DNA of 64,000 bases, taken from an uncultured delta proteobacterium. GTDB taxonomy: Bacteria > Myxococcota_A > UBA9160 > SMWR01. The DNA is taken from contig CAWHTE010000011.1 in assembly GCA_963832165.1 (NCBI GenBank), positions 480,001 through 544,000 of the forward strand, in the 5' to 3' direction. The position numbers were made by a program, and so were the translations under genes. This document shows, one piece after another, positions 46,357 to 56,960 of the stretch. Numbering within the stretch: position 1 is the stretch's first letter; each line of letters begins with the position of its first letter. Under the pieces are notes generated by a model. That model had not been told where the DNA came from, made no database searches, and saw nothing but the letters and a program-made list of their open reading frames with translations.

Positions 46357-46508
46357 CGCGCGGTGTGACATTCCCTCGCAGCGCGAGCGACGCGTGCACT
46401 TTGTACAAGACGCGAAGGAAGAGCCAGTTTGCGCAGGCGTACGTATCCCACGGCGGCGCTTCACTGGCACGTCGCTTGCGTTGCGAGCGGCCCATGGGCA
46501 TCTCGAAA

Positions 46509-46932
46509 ATGTCGAAGATCGAGGCGTCGATCGAGGTCGACGTCCCGGCGCAGACGGCGTACGAGTATTGGAGCCGTTTCGAGGAGATCCCGATCTTCAT
46601 GCAAGGCGTGGAGTGCGTTCGCCAGCTCGACGAGCGTCGCTTGTGCTGGCGCGCGGAGGTCGGCGGCGAAGTGCTCGAGTGGGAAGCCGAGATCACTGAG
46701 CTGATTCCCGCCAAGCGAATCGCGTGGCGGAGCCTCAACGGCGTCCTCCAGGCGGGTGCGGCTTCGTTCTTCTCGCTCGACGACGAGCGATGCCGCGTGG
46801 CGCTGGAGGTGAACTACCGGCCCGAGGGCGTCGTAGAGACCGTGGAGGACTGGCTCGGCGTGATGAGCCTGCGCACGGCCGGCGACCTCGATCGGTTTCA
46901 AGAAGTGGATCGAAGAGCAGGAGGCTCTTTGA
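46509..46932 (+). CDS. SRPBCC/polyketide cyclase family protein, probable +1 frameshift near 46895
   Basis: SIEVDVP...YEYWSRFEEIPIFM...WEAEITE...IAWRS; removing one base gives DLDRFKKWIEEQEAL* ending at 46932. Confidence 0.75.
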
Positions 46933-47813
46933 ACCTCATCGTGCTTCCCAGCGACGGTCTGGCCCCCATCCTGCGCGCGTTGCGCAAGGCCAAGGAGTCC
47001 GTGCGCATCACGCTCTTCCGCTGCGATCTCCCCGAGGTGGAGAAGGCGCTCGCCGCGGCCGTGGCGCGCGGTGTGGCGGTGCACGCGCTCATCGCGCAGA
47101 CCAATCGCGCGGGCGAGAAGCTGCTGCGCAAGCTGGAGCTGCGCCTGCTCGAGGGCGGCATCACCGTATCGCGCACCGCGGACGACCTCGTGCGCTATCA
47201 CAACAAGATGCTCGTGATCGACGAGCGCGTGCTGTTCGTGTTCGGCTTCAACTTCACCCGGCTCGATCTCAGCAAGCGGCGCAGCATGGCGATCGTCACG
47301 CGCAAGCGGCCGCTCGTGGCCGAGGCGCTCGAGCTGTTCGAAGCGGACGTCGCGCGTCAGGAGTTTGCCCCCGGGAAGCCCAAGCTCGTGATCAGCCCCG
47401 TGAACGCGCGCGCGCGAATCGAGAAGCTGGTCGGGTCGGCTCGACGCTCGCTGCGCATCTACGATCCGCAGGCGATCGATGCCGCGATGCTGCGCCTGCT
47501 CCAGAAGAAGGCGGCCGCCGGAGTGGACGTGCGCATCATCGGCAAGGTCGGAAAGTCCGGGCGCGGGCTGCGCGTGGAGGCGCTTCCGTCGATGGGCGTG
47601 CACCTGCGCGCGATCCTGCGCGACGACATCGAGCTGTTCGTGGGAAGCCAGGGGCTGCGATCGATCGAGCTCGACCGGCGCCGCGAGCTCGGGATCATCG
47701 TGCGCGACCGCGGCGCGATCAAACACTTCCGCGGCGTGTTCGATGACGATTGGGCGACGACGAAGTCCGGGCGCGAGGAGCGCAAGGAGCGCAAGGAGCG
47801 CAAGGCCGCGTGA
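46929..47813 (+). CDS. Phospholipase D superfamily protein
   Basis: YHNKMLVID (HKD) and degenerate VHLRAILRD; own AGGAGG RBS before TTG 46929. Confidence 0.85.
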   Translation: MNLIVLPSDGLAPILRALRKAKESVRITLFRCDLPEVEKALAAAVARGVAVHALIAQTNRAGEKLLRKLELRLLEGGITVSRTADDLVRYHNKMLVIDERVLFVFGFNFTRLDLSKRRSMAIVTRKRPLVAEALELFEADVARQEFAPGKPKLVISPVNARARIEKLVGSARRSLRIYDPQAIDAAMLRLLQKKAAAGVDVRIIGKVGKSGRGLRVEALPSMGVHLRAILRDDIELFVGSQGLRSIELDRRRELGIIVRDRGAIKHFRGVFDDDWATTKSGREERKERKERKAA

Positions 47814-47825
47814 TACGCGCCGACG

Positions 47826-48548
47826 TCAGACGGTGAGCATCGGGCACGGAGTACTGCGCACGACGCGCCGGACCAGATTACTCGCGCGCGCCTCCTTCGC
47901 CTCGGAGCACCAGCGGCTGCCGAGCGCGATGAAGTGGGCTTCCTGACAGCGCGCCACGCCGCCGATCAGCTCGGGCGCCCAGATCGGCTGCACGATCGGT
48001 GAGACGAGCAGCTCTGGCCCGGCGAGCTCTCGCGCGAGCTGCTCGATCCACGGGTGATTCTCGAGCTGCATCGAGGCCGTGATCTGCGCCCACGGGCGCT
48101 TCGCGGCCATCTCCGCGGGATGCATCTCCAGACCGTGAACCAGGAACAGCCGCGCTCGCGAGCGCGACTCGCGCAGGATCGACGCGGTCGCGTGGGCAGC
48201 GCTCTGCGCTTCGTGCGCGGGATCCACTCCCACGATCGCGACCCTGCACTCGGCCGCGGCCGATGCCGCCCACGGCTGAACCGTCCACACCGGACACGGC
48301 GCGCGCCGCATCAGCGCGGCGCGTTCGCCATCGATGTCGACGGAGTCGCCCTCGCAGCGCAGTCCGCTCGCGATCCACGTCACGTCTTCCTTGCCCGCGA
48401 TGTCGAGGACGATCGTTGTCGGGGCGCCGCGGGGCGCGGTGATCGAACGCGCGCCGCGCACGCGCGCGAAGCTCTCGGCCCACTGCGCGACGGACTCTGC
48501 TGAATCTGTCCCGTCGTCGACTACGAGTATCGAGCGCTGCTTGGTCAC
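47826..48548 (-). CDS. Universal stress protein-like (tandem, divergent)
   Basis: ILVVDDG, RRAPCPVWTV, VGVD, VVRSTPCPMLTV. Confidence 0.75.
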   Translation of the reverse strand: MTKQRSILVVDDGTDSAESVAQWAESFARVRGARSITAPRGAPTTIVLDIAGKEDVTWIASGLRCEGDSVDIDGERAALMRRAPCPVWTVQPWAASAAAECRVAIVGVDPAHEAQSAAHATASILRESRSRARLFLVHGLEMHPAEMAAKRPWAQITASMQLENHPWIEQLARELAGPELLVSPIVQPIWAPELIGGVARCQEAHFIALGSRWCSEAKEARASNLVRRVVRSTPCPMLTV

Positions 48549-48710
48549 GAGCTAGCCGAAAGCATAATTCGTGCCGCTAGTCGAACCCGCGTGGCCGCGC
48601 TTCGAACTCTGGTACGGCCCTGGGATAGCGACACGCAAGTTCTACAAGCCATGCACCTTCTTGCAGAGGTCCCCGGCGGGCTGCCACGGCTTCGCTAGCC
48701 TGCTCCCCCT

Positions 48711-49742
48711 GTGGCGGAACCGCTTCACATCAAGGACCACTCGATCGAGCACCTGCGCGAGCGGCTCGCGGAGGCCGGGGAGCGCCCGTATCGCGCCGAT
48801 CAGATCGCGGCGTGGCTGTACCGGCGCGGGATCGAGGATCCCGAGCAGATGACCGACCTCGGCGCCGAGCTGCGCGCGCGGCTCGCGGGGGAGTGGCAGC
48901 TCTCGGCGCTCGACGTGGAGCGTGTCGACCGCTCGGTGGACGGCACCTGCAAGGCCGCGCTCGTGGCGCGGGACGGCGCGCGCATCGAGTCGGTGCTGAT
49001 TCCGGAAGACGATCGCATGACGCTGTGCGTGTCCACGCAGGTGGGCTGCGCGATGGCGTGCGATTTCTGCGCGACCGGATTCATGGGCTTCTCGCGCAAC
49101 CTGCGCGCGGCCGAGATCGTCGATCAGGTGTGCCGCATGCGCGCGCTCTCCCCCGAACGCGCGATCAGCAACGTCGTGTTCATGGGGATGGGCGAGCCGC
49201 TGTTGAATCTGGACGCGGTGGTCGAGGCGATCCGTCTGCTGATCCACCCGAAGGCGTTCGCGATTGCCCCCCGACGCGTCACGGTGTCGACGGTCGGACT
49301 CGTGCCGAAGATCGCCGAGCTGCTCTCGCTCGTGCCCGTGAACCTCGCGGTGTCGCTGCACGCCACCACCGACGCCGTGCGCGACCGTCTCGTGCCGCTG
49401 AACCGCCGTTATCCGCTCGCGGAGCTGCTCGGCACCCTGCGCGGGCTCCCCACGGTCACGGCGCGGCGCCCGGTGTTCTTCGAGTACACGCTGATCGAGG
49501 GCGTGAACGACAGCGAAGACGACGCGAACCGGCTGCCGGGGCTGCTCCACGGCATCCCGTCGAAGCTCAATCTGATCCCGATGAATCCGCACCCGGACAG
49601 TCCGTTGCGCCCGCCCAGCGACGCAGTGATCGACGCGTTCCTGCGCGTGCTGGCCCGGCGCGGCATGACCGTTACACTGCGCCGCAGCCGCGGCCCCGAC
49701 ATCCAGGCAGCGTGCGGGCAGCTGGCCCTGCGGCCGGCATAG
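48711..49742 (+). CDS. rlmN: 23S rRNA m2A2503 / tRNA radical SAM methyltransferase
   Basis: CVSTQVGCAMACDFCATG, MGMGEPL, SLHA, FEYTL, NLIPMN, DIQAACGQL. Confidence 0.96.
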   Translation: MAEPLHIKDHSIEHLRERLAEAGERPYRADQIAAWLYRRGIEDPEQMTDLGAELRARLAGEWQLSALDVERVDRSVDGTCKAALVARDGARIESVLIPEDDRMTLCVSTQVGCAMACDFCATGFMGFSRNLRAAEIVDQVCRMRALSPERAISNVVFMGMGEPLLNLDAVVEAIRLLIHPKAFAIAPRRVTVSTVGLVPKIAELLSLVPVNLAVSLHATTDAVRDRLVPLNRRYPLAELLGTLRGLPTVTARRPVFFEYTLIEGVNDSEDDANRLPGLLHGIPSKLNLIPMNPHPDSPLRPPSDAVIDAFLRVLARRGMTVTLRRSRGPDIQAACGQLALRPA

Positions 49743-49778
49743 CAAGGGCAAACGCAGAGCGCGCCGACGAGGTGGGAC

Positions 49779-50456
49779 TTGCTCTACGCGGTCGGTGACA
49801 TCCACGGTGAGCGCGAGCGCCTCGACGCGTTGCTCGCGTCGCTGCCGCTCGCGCCCGACGACCGCTTCGTGTTCGTGGGCGACTACGTCGATCGCGGGCC
49901 CGACGCGAAGGGCGTGGTCGATCGGTTGGTCTCGCTGGCCGGCGATCACGCGTGCGTGTTTCTCGCGGGCAACCACGAGTCGATGTTCCTCGACTTCCTG
50001 GGCTGGAGCGGCGACGCCTACTTCGCGGGCGATGCGTTTCTCGCCAACGGCGGCGACCGCACGCTCGCGAGCTACGGCTACTTCGAGCTCGCCGATCCGC
50101 AGCCGCAGAATCTCGAGCTGCCGCCTGCGCACGAGAAGTTCTACCGCGGGCTGGCCCTCTACCACCGCGAGGGCGACTACCTGTTCGTGCACGCGGGGCT
50201 CGGGCGCGCGATCTTGCGCGAGACCGATCTCGACTTCGCGCTGCGCCACGTGAGGTCCGAGGATCTGCTCTGGGACCGCGCTTCACTCGGCGTGCCGCAC
50301 GCGCTCGGCGTCACGGTCGTGTACGGACACACACCGACGCCCGATTTCGAGGTGCGCTGGCACCGGCCCTTCAGCATCGGCATCGACACCGGTGCCGTGT
50401 ATGGGGGAAGGCTCACCGCGATCCGGCTGCCGGACGAGACGGTGTTCCAGGTCTGA
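49779..50456 (+). CDS. Metallophosphoesterase (Ser/Thr phosphatase-like)
   Basis: GDIHG, GDYVDRG, GNHE, FVHAG, GHTP, IDTGA. Confidence 0.93.
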   Translation: MLYAVGDIHGERERLDALLASLPLAPDDRFVFVGDYVDRGPDAKGVVDRLVSLAGDHACVFLAGNHESMFLDFLGWSGDAYFAGDAFLANGGDRTLASYGYFELADPQPQNLELPPAHEKFYRGLALYHREGDYLFVHAGLGRAILRETDLDFALRHVRSEDLLWDRASLGVPHALGVTVVYGHTPTPDFEVRWHRPFSIGIDTGAVYGGRLTAIRLPDETVFQV

Positions 50457-52902
50457 CTAACCCTGGCGCGGCTCGACGACGGGCACGACCAACGGCGAGC
50501 CCGGCGTGAGCGCGGCGAAGTCGAGATCCGGGTTGTACTGCCGCAGCAGCCACACGGGCAGGCGGTACTTGCGCTGCGCGAGATACCAGAGCGATTCGCC
50601 GGGCTCGAGCACGTGCCGTTCGGTGCCCGTCACCGTGAACGCGTCGAAGAACTCGTCCTGCAGCGACTGGTGATACTCGAGGCGGCGCTGCTCGAACTCC
50701 TGCGCGGACACGCGCGAGAAGTCGAGCTTGAGGCGCTGGCCGATCACGACCGGCTGCTCGAAGCGCATCTTGTTCGCCTTGCGCAGATCACCCGCGCGCA
50801 CCTCGAGCCAGTCGGCGAAGTGTCCGATCGTCTCGGCGGCCTGCACGGTGGCGCGATCGCCGTGCACCGCGTAGTCGGACGGATCGGGGCGCGATCCCCC
50901 GTTCGCTCCGGCCGGCTCCTCGGTCGACGGTGCCATGAGCAGCGGGGGCGGCTCCAGCTCCGCGACCGCAACCGAAGCCGGCGGCTCGGGCGCGGGCTCG
51001 GGAGGCGGCTCCGGAAGCGCTTCGAGTGACGGCGTGCGCGCGGTCTCGATCTGCGTGGGCTGCGCGGGCTGCGCCGGGGCGGGCTCGGGGTCGGCGGGTA
51101 CGATCGGCGCCGCGATCGGCGAGGGCTCGGGTGCCGGCACGGGGGCGGGCGCGACGGCCGGGGTCGGTTTCGCTGCCGGCGTCGGCGCGGTCGATGCGGG
51201 CGGCTCCGCCGACGCGGTCTGGGTCGTCGGCACCGCTGCGGGCGCGGCGGGCTCGGCCGCGGGCGCCGGGCGGTGTGGTGGGTGCGGGGGCCGGCACGGC
51301 TGCGGGCGTTGCTGCGGGCACGTCGGCCACGGCGGTTTCGGCGCTCGCGATCGCCACGGCGGGCTCGCCGCCCGGAACGCGCAGGCGCTGGCCGACCGAG
51401 ATCCGATGTCGGTTGCGCAGTGCGTTCTGCCGGGCGAGCTCGCTCTCGGTGGTGCCGAAGCGCTTCGCGATCTCCGCGAGCGTGTCGCCGCGCCGCACGC
51501 GGTAGCTGCCGGTCGCGCGCTCCGGCTGCTCGGGCGCGGCCGACTCGACCTCGCGCGCCGGCGCCGATGCAACCACCACCTCGGCGTCGCGGACTCGCCC
51601 GCGATCGGGCAGCACGAGTACCTGGCCCACGCTGAGCCGGTTGCGGCTGCGCAGGTTGTTGGCTGCGACGAGCTCGCTCTCGCGAACGCCGTAGCGGCTT
51701 GCGATGCGCGACAGCGTGTCGCCGCGCCGGACCTTGTGGAAGCGGTCGCGGTGCTGCTCGGCGATCCGCGACGTACCGGGGATCGCCGCGATCAGCTCGT
51801 CCACGGGCCGCGAGAGCGCGCTCTTGGGCAGCCGCAGCGCGTAGGCGCGAGGCACGTGCTTGCTGCCGTTCCAGACCGCCGGGCGCAGCGCCGGGTTGTG
51901 CTCCTGGAGCATGCCGAGATCGACGCCTAGCGCGCGTGCGAGCACGGGCGCGGGCGTGTACCAGGGCAGCTCGATCTCGGTGTAGGTGTTGGGCGACTCG
52001 AGCGTGATCGTGCCGAAATAGCGCGACGGCTCGCGATCGATCCGCGAAGCGGCGAGGAACGACGCGTAGAAGTTGCGCGAGGCGAAGCCGAAGCTGCGGC
52101 TGCGGTAGCGGCGCACGATCTCGCCGATGTCGGTGGTGCCGAGCGTGCGCGCTGCGCGCTGCATGCCGCCCGCGCCGTGGTTGTACGCCGTGATCGCGAG
52201 CGGCCAGGTGCCCGTGATCTCGCGGTTGCGCGCGAGCAGCCGCGCCGCGGCGTCGCTCGAGACGTAGGGATCGAGGCGCTCGTCGACGACGTTGTCGATG
52301 CGCATGAACAGGCGCCCGGTCGAGCGCATGAACTGCCACATGCCCGCGGCGCCGACGCGCGAGTAGGCCTTCGGGTTGTACGAGGATTCGACGTGGGGCA
52401 ACGCGACGAGCTGCTGCGGCACGCCGCGCTCCTTGAGAGCCTTGGTGACGAACGGGCGCCACTTGCCGGAGCGCACGAGCCCGGCGCGGAAGCGGTCGGA
52501 CAGTCCGGCCTGGAAGCGCACGTTCTCGGCTGCGCGGCGCAGCGTCCCGTCGGAGACGTTCGCGGGCCACTGCGAGAGGATGCGCGACTCGTCGCTCGTG
52601 AGTCCGTCGCGCTTTCCCTTCGCGAGCCCGAGCAGGATCGCGCGGATCTCGCGCTTGGTCTGTTCGGTGCTGCGATCGCGCGCGCGATACGGCGTGTGCT
52701 CGGGGAAGTGCACGGTCTTGTACACGACGCCGAGATGCTCGGCGTCGTGGATCAGGCCCGAGCGGCTGTCGACCTCGGAGTACACGCGCGTCCAGAACTG
52801 GACGGCGGGCTCGAGGCTCGCGGGGGTCGGCAGGTCCTCGGCGAGCGATCCGGAGGGCAGACAGAGCAGGGCGACAGCGGCAGCAATCCAGCGCAACAGC
52901 AT
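50457..52902 (-). CDS. MltD-like lytic transglycosylase with LysM domains, frameshifted near 51270
   Basis: Signal peptide; LPHVESSYN, GMWQF, AYNHG; LysM VRRGDTL x2; Pro/Ala linker; further LysM-like domains in another frame; span is 3n+1. Confidence 0.85.
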
Positions 52903-52998
52903 GCGGACAGGGATCGGCCATCGGCTCCTAAAACCTGTGCAGCTTCCGGCCACGTTGCTCCGTCGCATCTGGCTTTGTGGCTCCGTGGCCCCGCGGGG

Positions 52999-54498
52999 TC
53001 AGCGGCGCCGATTCTTCTTCCGCGCTTTGCGCGCCTGCTTGCGTTTGCCGCGCTGCTGCGAGCGGCGTTTCTCGACCGAACGTCGGCTCTCGCCCACGCC
53101 CGCGGCGCCGCCTCCGAGCAGCGCGCTCGGATCCATGCCGCCCGCACCCGCGAGCCGGCCCATGCCCGGGATCTTCGAGAGCAGACCTCCGGGCGCGCCG
53201 AGCCCGGCCATCATGTCGCGCATCTGCCCGAAGCGCTCGACGAGCTCGCGCACGTCCGAGCTGCGGCGGCCGCTGCCGCGCGCGATCCGCCGCGCGCGGC
53301 TCTTGTCGATCAGCTCCGGCCGCTTGCGCTCGTCGGGTGTCATCGAGGAGATCAGCGACTCCACGCGCACCATCTGCGATTCTTCCACCTGATCCGCGAA
53401 CTGCCCGAACATCGGCAGCTTCCCGATCACTTCCCGCAGCGGCCCGAGCTTCTGAACCATCTTGAGCTGCTTGAGCAGATCGTCGAGGCCGAACTGACCT
53501 TTGAGCAGGCGCGCTGCGTCGCGCTCGGCGTCGCGCTCGTCGACGTGCTCCTCGAAGTCCTTGACGAGGCCGACGATGTCGCCCATCCCGAGGATGCGCG
53601 ACGCGAGGCCCTCGGGCCGGAACTCCTCGAGCCGCTCGAGCGTCTCGCCCGTGCCGAGGAACTTGATCGGCACCCCCGTGACCGCCTTCACGGCCAGCGC
53701 CGCGCCACCGCGCGCGTCGCCGTCGAGCTTGGTCAGGACGAGTCCGTCGAGCGCGAGCCGCTCCGCGAACCCCTTCGCCACCGTCACCGCGTCGCGGCCC
53801 ATCAGCGCGTCGCAGACCAGGAGCGTGTTGGCGGGCTTCGCGACCTCGGTGATCTCCTCGAGCTCGCGCATGAGCTCGTCGTCGATCGCGAGCCGGCCGG
53901 CGGTGTCGTAGACGATCGCGTCGAGGCCCGACGCACGCGCGCGCTCGGCGCCCGCGGCGCAGATCGCGGCGGGTGCGTCGCCCTCGGCACCCGCGTGCAC
54001 GGGTACTCCGATCTGTGCACCGAGCGTCTGGAGCTGCTGGACCGCGGCCGGGCGGTAGACGTCGGCCGCGACGAGCAGCGGGCGCCGCCCACTCTTCTGG
54101 AGATAGCGCGCGATCTTGCCGGCCACGGTCGTCTTGCCGACGCCCTGGAGACCCACGAGCATGATCGACGTCACGCCGCGCTCGCGCGCGAGCTCGGCGT
54201 CGACGGGCCCCATCAGCGCGACGAGCTCCTCGTGGCACGCCTTCACGAAGTGTTGACCGGGTGTTACGCGCACCCAGTTGCCGAGCGCGTCGCGCACGCG
54301 CGTCTCGACCTTCTCGCCGAGCGCGCGCTCCTTCACTCGGTCGAGGAAGATCTTCACGACGGAGAGGTCGACGTCGGCTTCGAGCAGCGACATGCGCACG
54401 TCGCGCAGCGCTTCTGCGACGTTGTCCTCGGCGAGCTCGCGCACGCCCGACAGACGCTCGCGTGCGGCGGTAAAACCCTGGGTGAGCGTCTCGAGCAT
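52999..54498 (-). CDS. ffh: Signal recognition particle protein
   Basis: LLEADV, GLQGVGKTT, DVYRPAA, DTAGR, TKLDGDARGGAAL, SRILGMGD, SMTPDER. Confidence 0.97.
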   Translation of the reverse strand: MLETLTQGFTAARERLSGVRELAEDNVAEALRDVRMSLLEADVDLSVVKIFLDRVKERALGEKVETRVRDALGNWVRVTPGQHFVKACHEELVALMGPVDAELARERGVTSIMLVGLQGVGKTTVAGKIARYLQKSGRRPLLVAADVYRPAAVQQLQTLGAQIGVPVHAGAEGDAPAAICAAGAERARASGLDAIVYDTAGRLAIDDELMRELEEITEVAKPANTLLVCDALMGRDAVTVAKGFAERLALDGLVLTKLDGDARGGAALAVKAVTGVPIKFLGTGETLERLEEFRPEGLASRILGMGDIVGLVKDFEEHVDERDAERDAARLLKGQFGLDDLLKQLKMVQKLGPLREVIGKLPMFGQFADQVEESQMVRVESLISSMTPDERKRPELIDKSRARRIARGSGRRSSDVRELVERFGQMRDMMAGLGAPGGLLSKIPGMGRLAGAGGMDPSALLGGGAAGVGESRRSVEKRRSQQRGKRKQARKARKKNRRR

Positions 54499-54554
54499 GG
54501 GGGCGGAGAGTAGCGCGACGAGGCTATGCTGCTGAGCTTCTACGAGGGAGAATC

Positions 54555-54770
54555 ATGCCGACTGAGGTGGCCGCCGAGATTGCCGGCAACGTCTGGAAGA
54601 TCGAGACGCGCGTGGGTGCCGAGGTCGAGGAGGAAGACGTGCTGCTGATCCTCGAGTCGATGAAGATGGAGATCCCGGTCGAGGCACCGTGCGCGGGCCG
54701 GGTCTCGGAGCTGCGGGTCGCCGAGGGCGATAGCATCGAAGAAGGCGCCGTCCTCGTCGTGCTCGACTGA
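54555..54770 (+). CDS. Stand-alone biotin/lipoyl carrier protein
   Basis: LESMKMEIPV biotinylation motif, 71 aa. Confidence 0.92.
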   Translation: MPTEVAAEIAGNVWKIETRVGAEVEEEDVLLILESMKMEIPVEAPCAGRVSELRVAEGDSIEEGAVLVVLD

Positions 54771-54783
54771 GGCCACCCCGCGC

Positions 54784-55635
54784 ATGGCTCCCCCGCTCTC
54801 GTCGCGCGCGATTGCAGCGGATCGGCTCCCCGATGCGCTCGCGCTGCTCGGCCAGGAGCCGCGCGACAACCTGCTCCTGCTCGATCTCGCGGCGCGACTC
54901 GGTGAGGCGCCACCGCCGGGCGAGATGGCCACGGAGCTGATCGGGGCGTTTCGCGGCGAGGATCTGGTCGCCGTGGCGGCGCTGCGCCCCACGATCGTGT
55001 TCGACGCGCGGATCGACGCGGGTGCGCTCGAGGCGATGTTCCCGCTCGTGGAGACGCTCGACGTCGGGTTGATCAAGAGCGAGCCGCGAAGCGTAGAGCG
55101 GCTCTGGAGCCATCTCTCGCGGCGCCGCCGCCACCGCGTCTGGATCGATCGCTTCGAGACCTGTTACGCCGTCGACCGCAGCGACGCCCGCCTGGTGTCG
55201 AGCACGCCGGGCCGCACCGCGCGCGCGGCTTCGGCGGACGACCTCGAGCCGCTCGTGTTCGCAGCGCGCGAGAGCCTGCGCGAAGAGGACCGCCCCGATC
55301 CGTTCGCGGGCGACGTGCGGGGTTTCCGGCGCTGGGTGCGCGGGCGCGTGCCGCGAGCGCGCGTGGTCGAGAACGACGGCGAGATCTGCTTCGTGGGCTA
55401 TGCCGACGTCCAGCGCGAACAGGGCTGGCTGCTACAGGGCGTATACACCTGGCCCCACGCGCGCCGACGCGGCCTGGCGACCACGGGCACGTCTTCGCTG
55501 TGTGACGAGGCATTCGCCTCGGGCGCGGACCACGTGCAGCTCGCGGTCGTCGACGGCAACGACGCGGCGCAGCGGCTCTATGAAGGCCTCGGCTTCAAGC
55601 CCTACGGCCGCGTGCGAACGATTCTATTTACGTAG
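54784..55635 (+). CDS. GNAT-family acetyltransferase
   Basis: GVYTWPHARRRGLA, NDAAQRLYEGLGF. Confidence 0.88.
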   Translation: MAPPLSSRAIAADRLPDALALLGQEPRDNLLLLDLAARLGEAPPPGEMATELIGAFRGEDLVAVAALRPTIVFDARIDAGALEAMFPLVETLDVGLIKSEPRSVERLWSHLSRRRRHRVWIDRFETCYAVDRSDARLVSSTPGRTARAASADDLEPLVFAARESLREEDRPDPFAGDVRGFRRWVRGRVPRARVVENDGEICFVGYADVQREQGWLLQGVYTWPHARRRGLATTGTSSLCDEAFASGADHVQLAVVDGNDAAQRLYEGLGFKPYGRVRTILFT

Positions 55636-55650
55636 GAAAGGAGAACCGCA

Positions 55651-56520
55651 ATGGGTTTGCTCGACGGCAAGGTGGCGATCGTGACGGGAGCGGGCGGGGG
55701 CATCGGACGCGAGCACGCTCTCGCGCTCGCGCGCGAGGGCGCCGCGGTGCTCGTGAACGACCTCGGTGGCGCGCGCGACGGCACGGGCAGCGGACACCGC
55801 ATGGCGGATCAGGTGGTCGATGAGATCCGCGCGGCGGGCGGCGAGGCCGCACCGAACTACGACGACGTCTCCACGGTCGAAGGCGGCAAGGGCATCCTGA
55901 AAGGTGCGCTCGACGCATTCGAGCGCGTCGACATCCTCGTGAACAACGCGGGGATCCTGCGCGACAAGTCGTTCGCGAATACCACGGAGGAGATGTGGGA
56001 CATCGTGGTGAAGGTGCACCTCAAGGGCACCTACTGCGTGTCACAACCCGTGTGGAACCACATGAAGGACGCCGCGCAGGGCGGCGTGATCATCAACACT
56101 TCGTCGACGTCCGCGCTCAACGGCAACTTCGGCCAGTGCAACTACGGCGCCGCAAAGGGCGGCATCGCGGGCTTCTCGCGCTGCCTCGCGATCGAGGGAA
56201 AGAAGTATGGGATCCGCGTGCACATCCTCGCGCCGGTCGCGTACACGCGGCTCACCTCGGACCTGGGCGGCTTCGGCGACGACGCCGAGAAGATGAAGGC
56301 GCAGCTCGACCCCGCCCTCGTGTCGCCGCTGATCGTCTACCTCGCGAGCGACGAGGCGAAGGAGCTCACCGGGCGCACGTTCTACATCGGCGGCGGGCGG
56401 ATCGCCGAGATGAAGGTCGTGACGTACACGGGCGTGACCAAGAAGGAGAAGGGCGGGCTCTGGACGCCCAAGGAGATCGGCGAGGCGATGAAGCCGGGTG
56501 CGATCCTGATGCCGGAGTAG
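55651..56520 (+). CDS. SDR oxidoreductase (3-hydroxyacyl-CoA dehydrogenase/MFE-2-like)
   Basis: TGAGGGIG, VNDLG, NNAGILRD, NYGAAK. Confidence 0.93.
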   Translation: MGLLDGKVAIVTGAGGGIGREHALALAREGAAVLVNDLGGARDGTGSGHRMADQVVDEIRAAGGEAAPNYDDVSTVEGGKGILKGALDAFERVDILVNNAGILRDKSFANTTEEMWDIVVKVHLKGTYCVSQPVWNHMKDAAQGGVIINTSSTSALNGNFGQCNYGAAKGGIAGFSRCLAIEGKKYGIRVHILAPVAYTRLTSDLGGFGDDAEKMKAQLDPALVSPLIVYLASDEAKELTGRTFYIGGGRIAEMKVVTYTGVTKKEKGGLWTPKEIGEAMKPGAILMPE

Positions 56521-56550
56521 GGCGGATTAGCCCGAAGGGCGTAATCCGCC
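56517..56550 (+). repeat. GTAG-family REP-like palindrome
   Basis: GTAG + GGCGGATTA-GCCC-GAA-GGGC-G-TAATCCGCC overlapping the SDR stop codon. Confidence 0.75.
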
Positions 56551-56764
56551 ATTCCGCGGTGTCCGTTGCCTGGGTCCGGGCGTTGATTCGCCGCGTCGGC
56601 GTTGTGGCTCTGTCGGCGTGCACGACGGTGCACCGGAGCACAACGGTTGCCGGCTCGGAGACGCATATGCTCCAGGATCACCAACGCCTCCGGCGGCGAA
56701 TTCAAGCGCCCGGCCTAGCGCATCGAGAGGTTCACGTTTTCAGGGCGTACGAGTTCGAATTCGA

Positions 56765-56960
56765 GTGGCGGGGTGGTTGGCTTGCTGCGGCGAAGTAAAG
56801 CGGAGCCGGCCACGGGCCGTCGCACGGCTCGTGGCCACTTGGGTTGGACCGGCAACCTGAAAGCCTGAAGCAATCGCTGGCTTCGGACCCTTCGGGCGAG
56901 AGAGAACGTCACCCCCAGGCCGGCGAGCCATGAGCGGCAGCAAGCCAACCACCCCCCCAC
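56765..56960. other. Inverted-repeat-bounded structured element (candidate ncRNA or MITE)
   Basis: 24-bp terminal inverted repeats with 1 mismatch enclosing several hairpins. Confidence 0.55.

Noticed and set aside
47826..50456. PLD + phosphatase + USP as an anti-phage defence island
   Set aside because: Interleaved with housekeeping rlmN; no helicase, nuclease or mobility genes; no evident compositional shift
17900..51300. Programmed frameshifting or phase variation as a common cause of the four frameshifts
   Set aside because: No shared slippery heptamer or long repeat tract; unrelated genes; sequencing or assembly indels are more parsimonious
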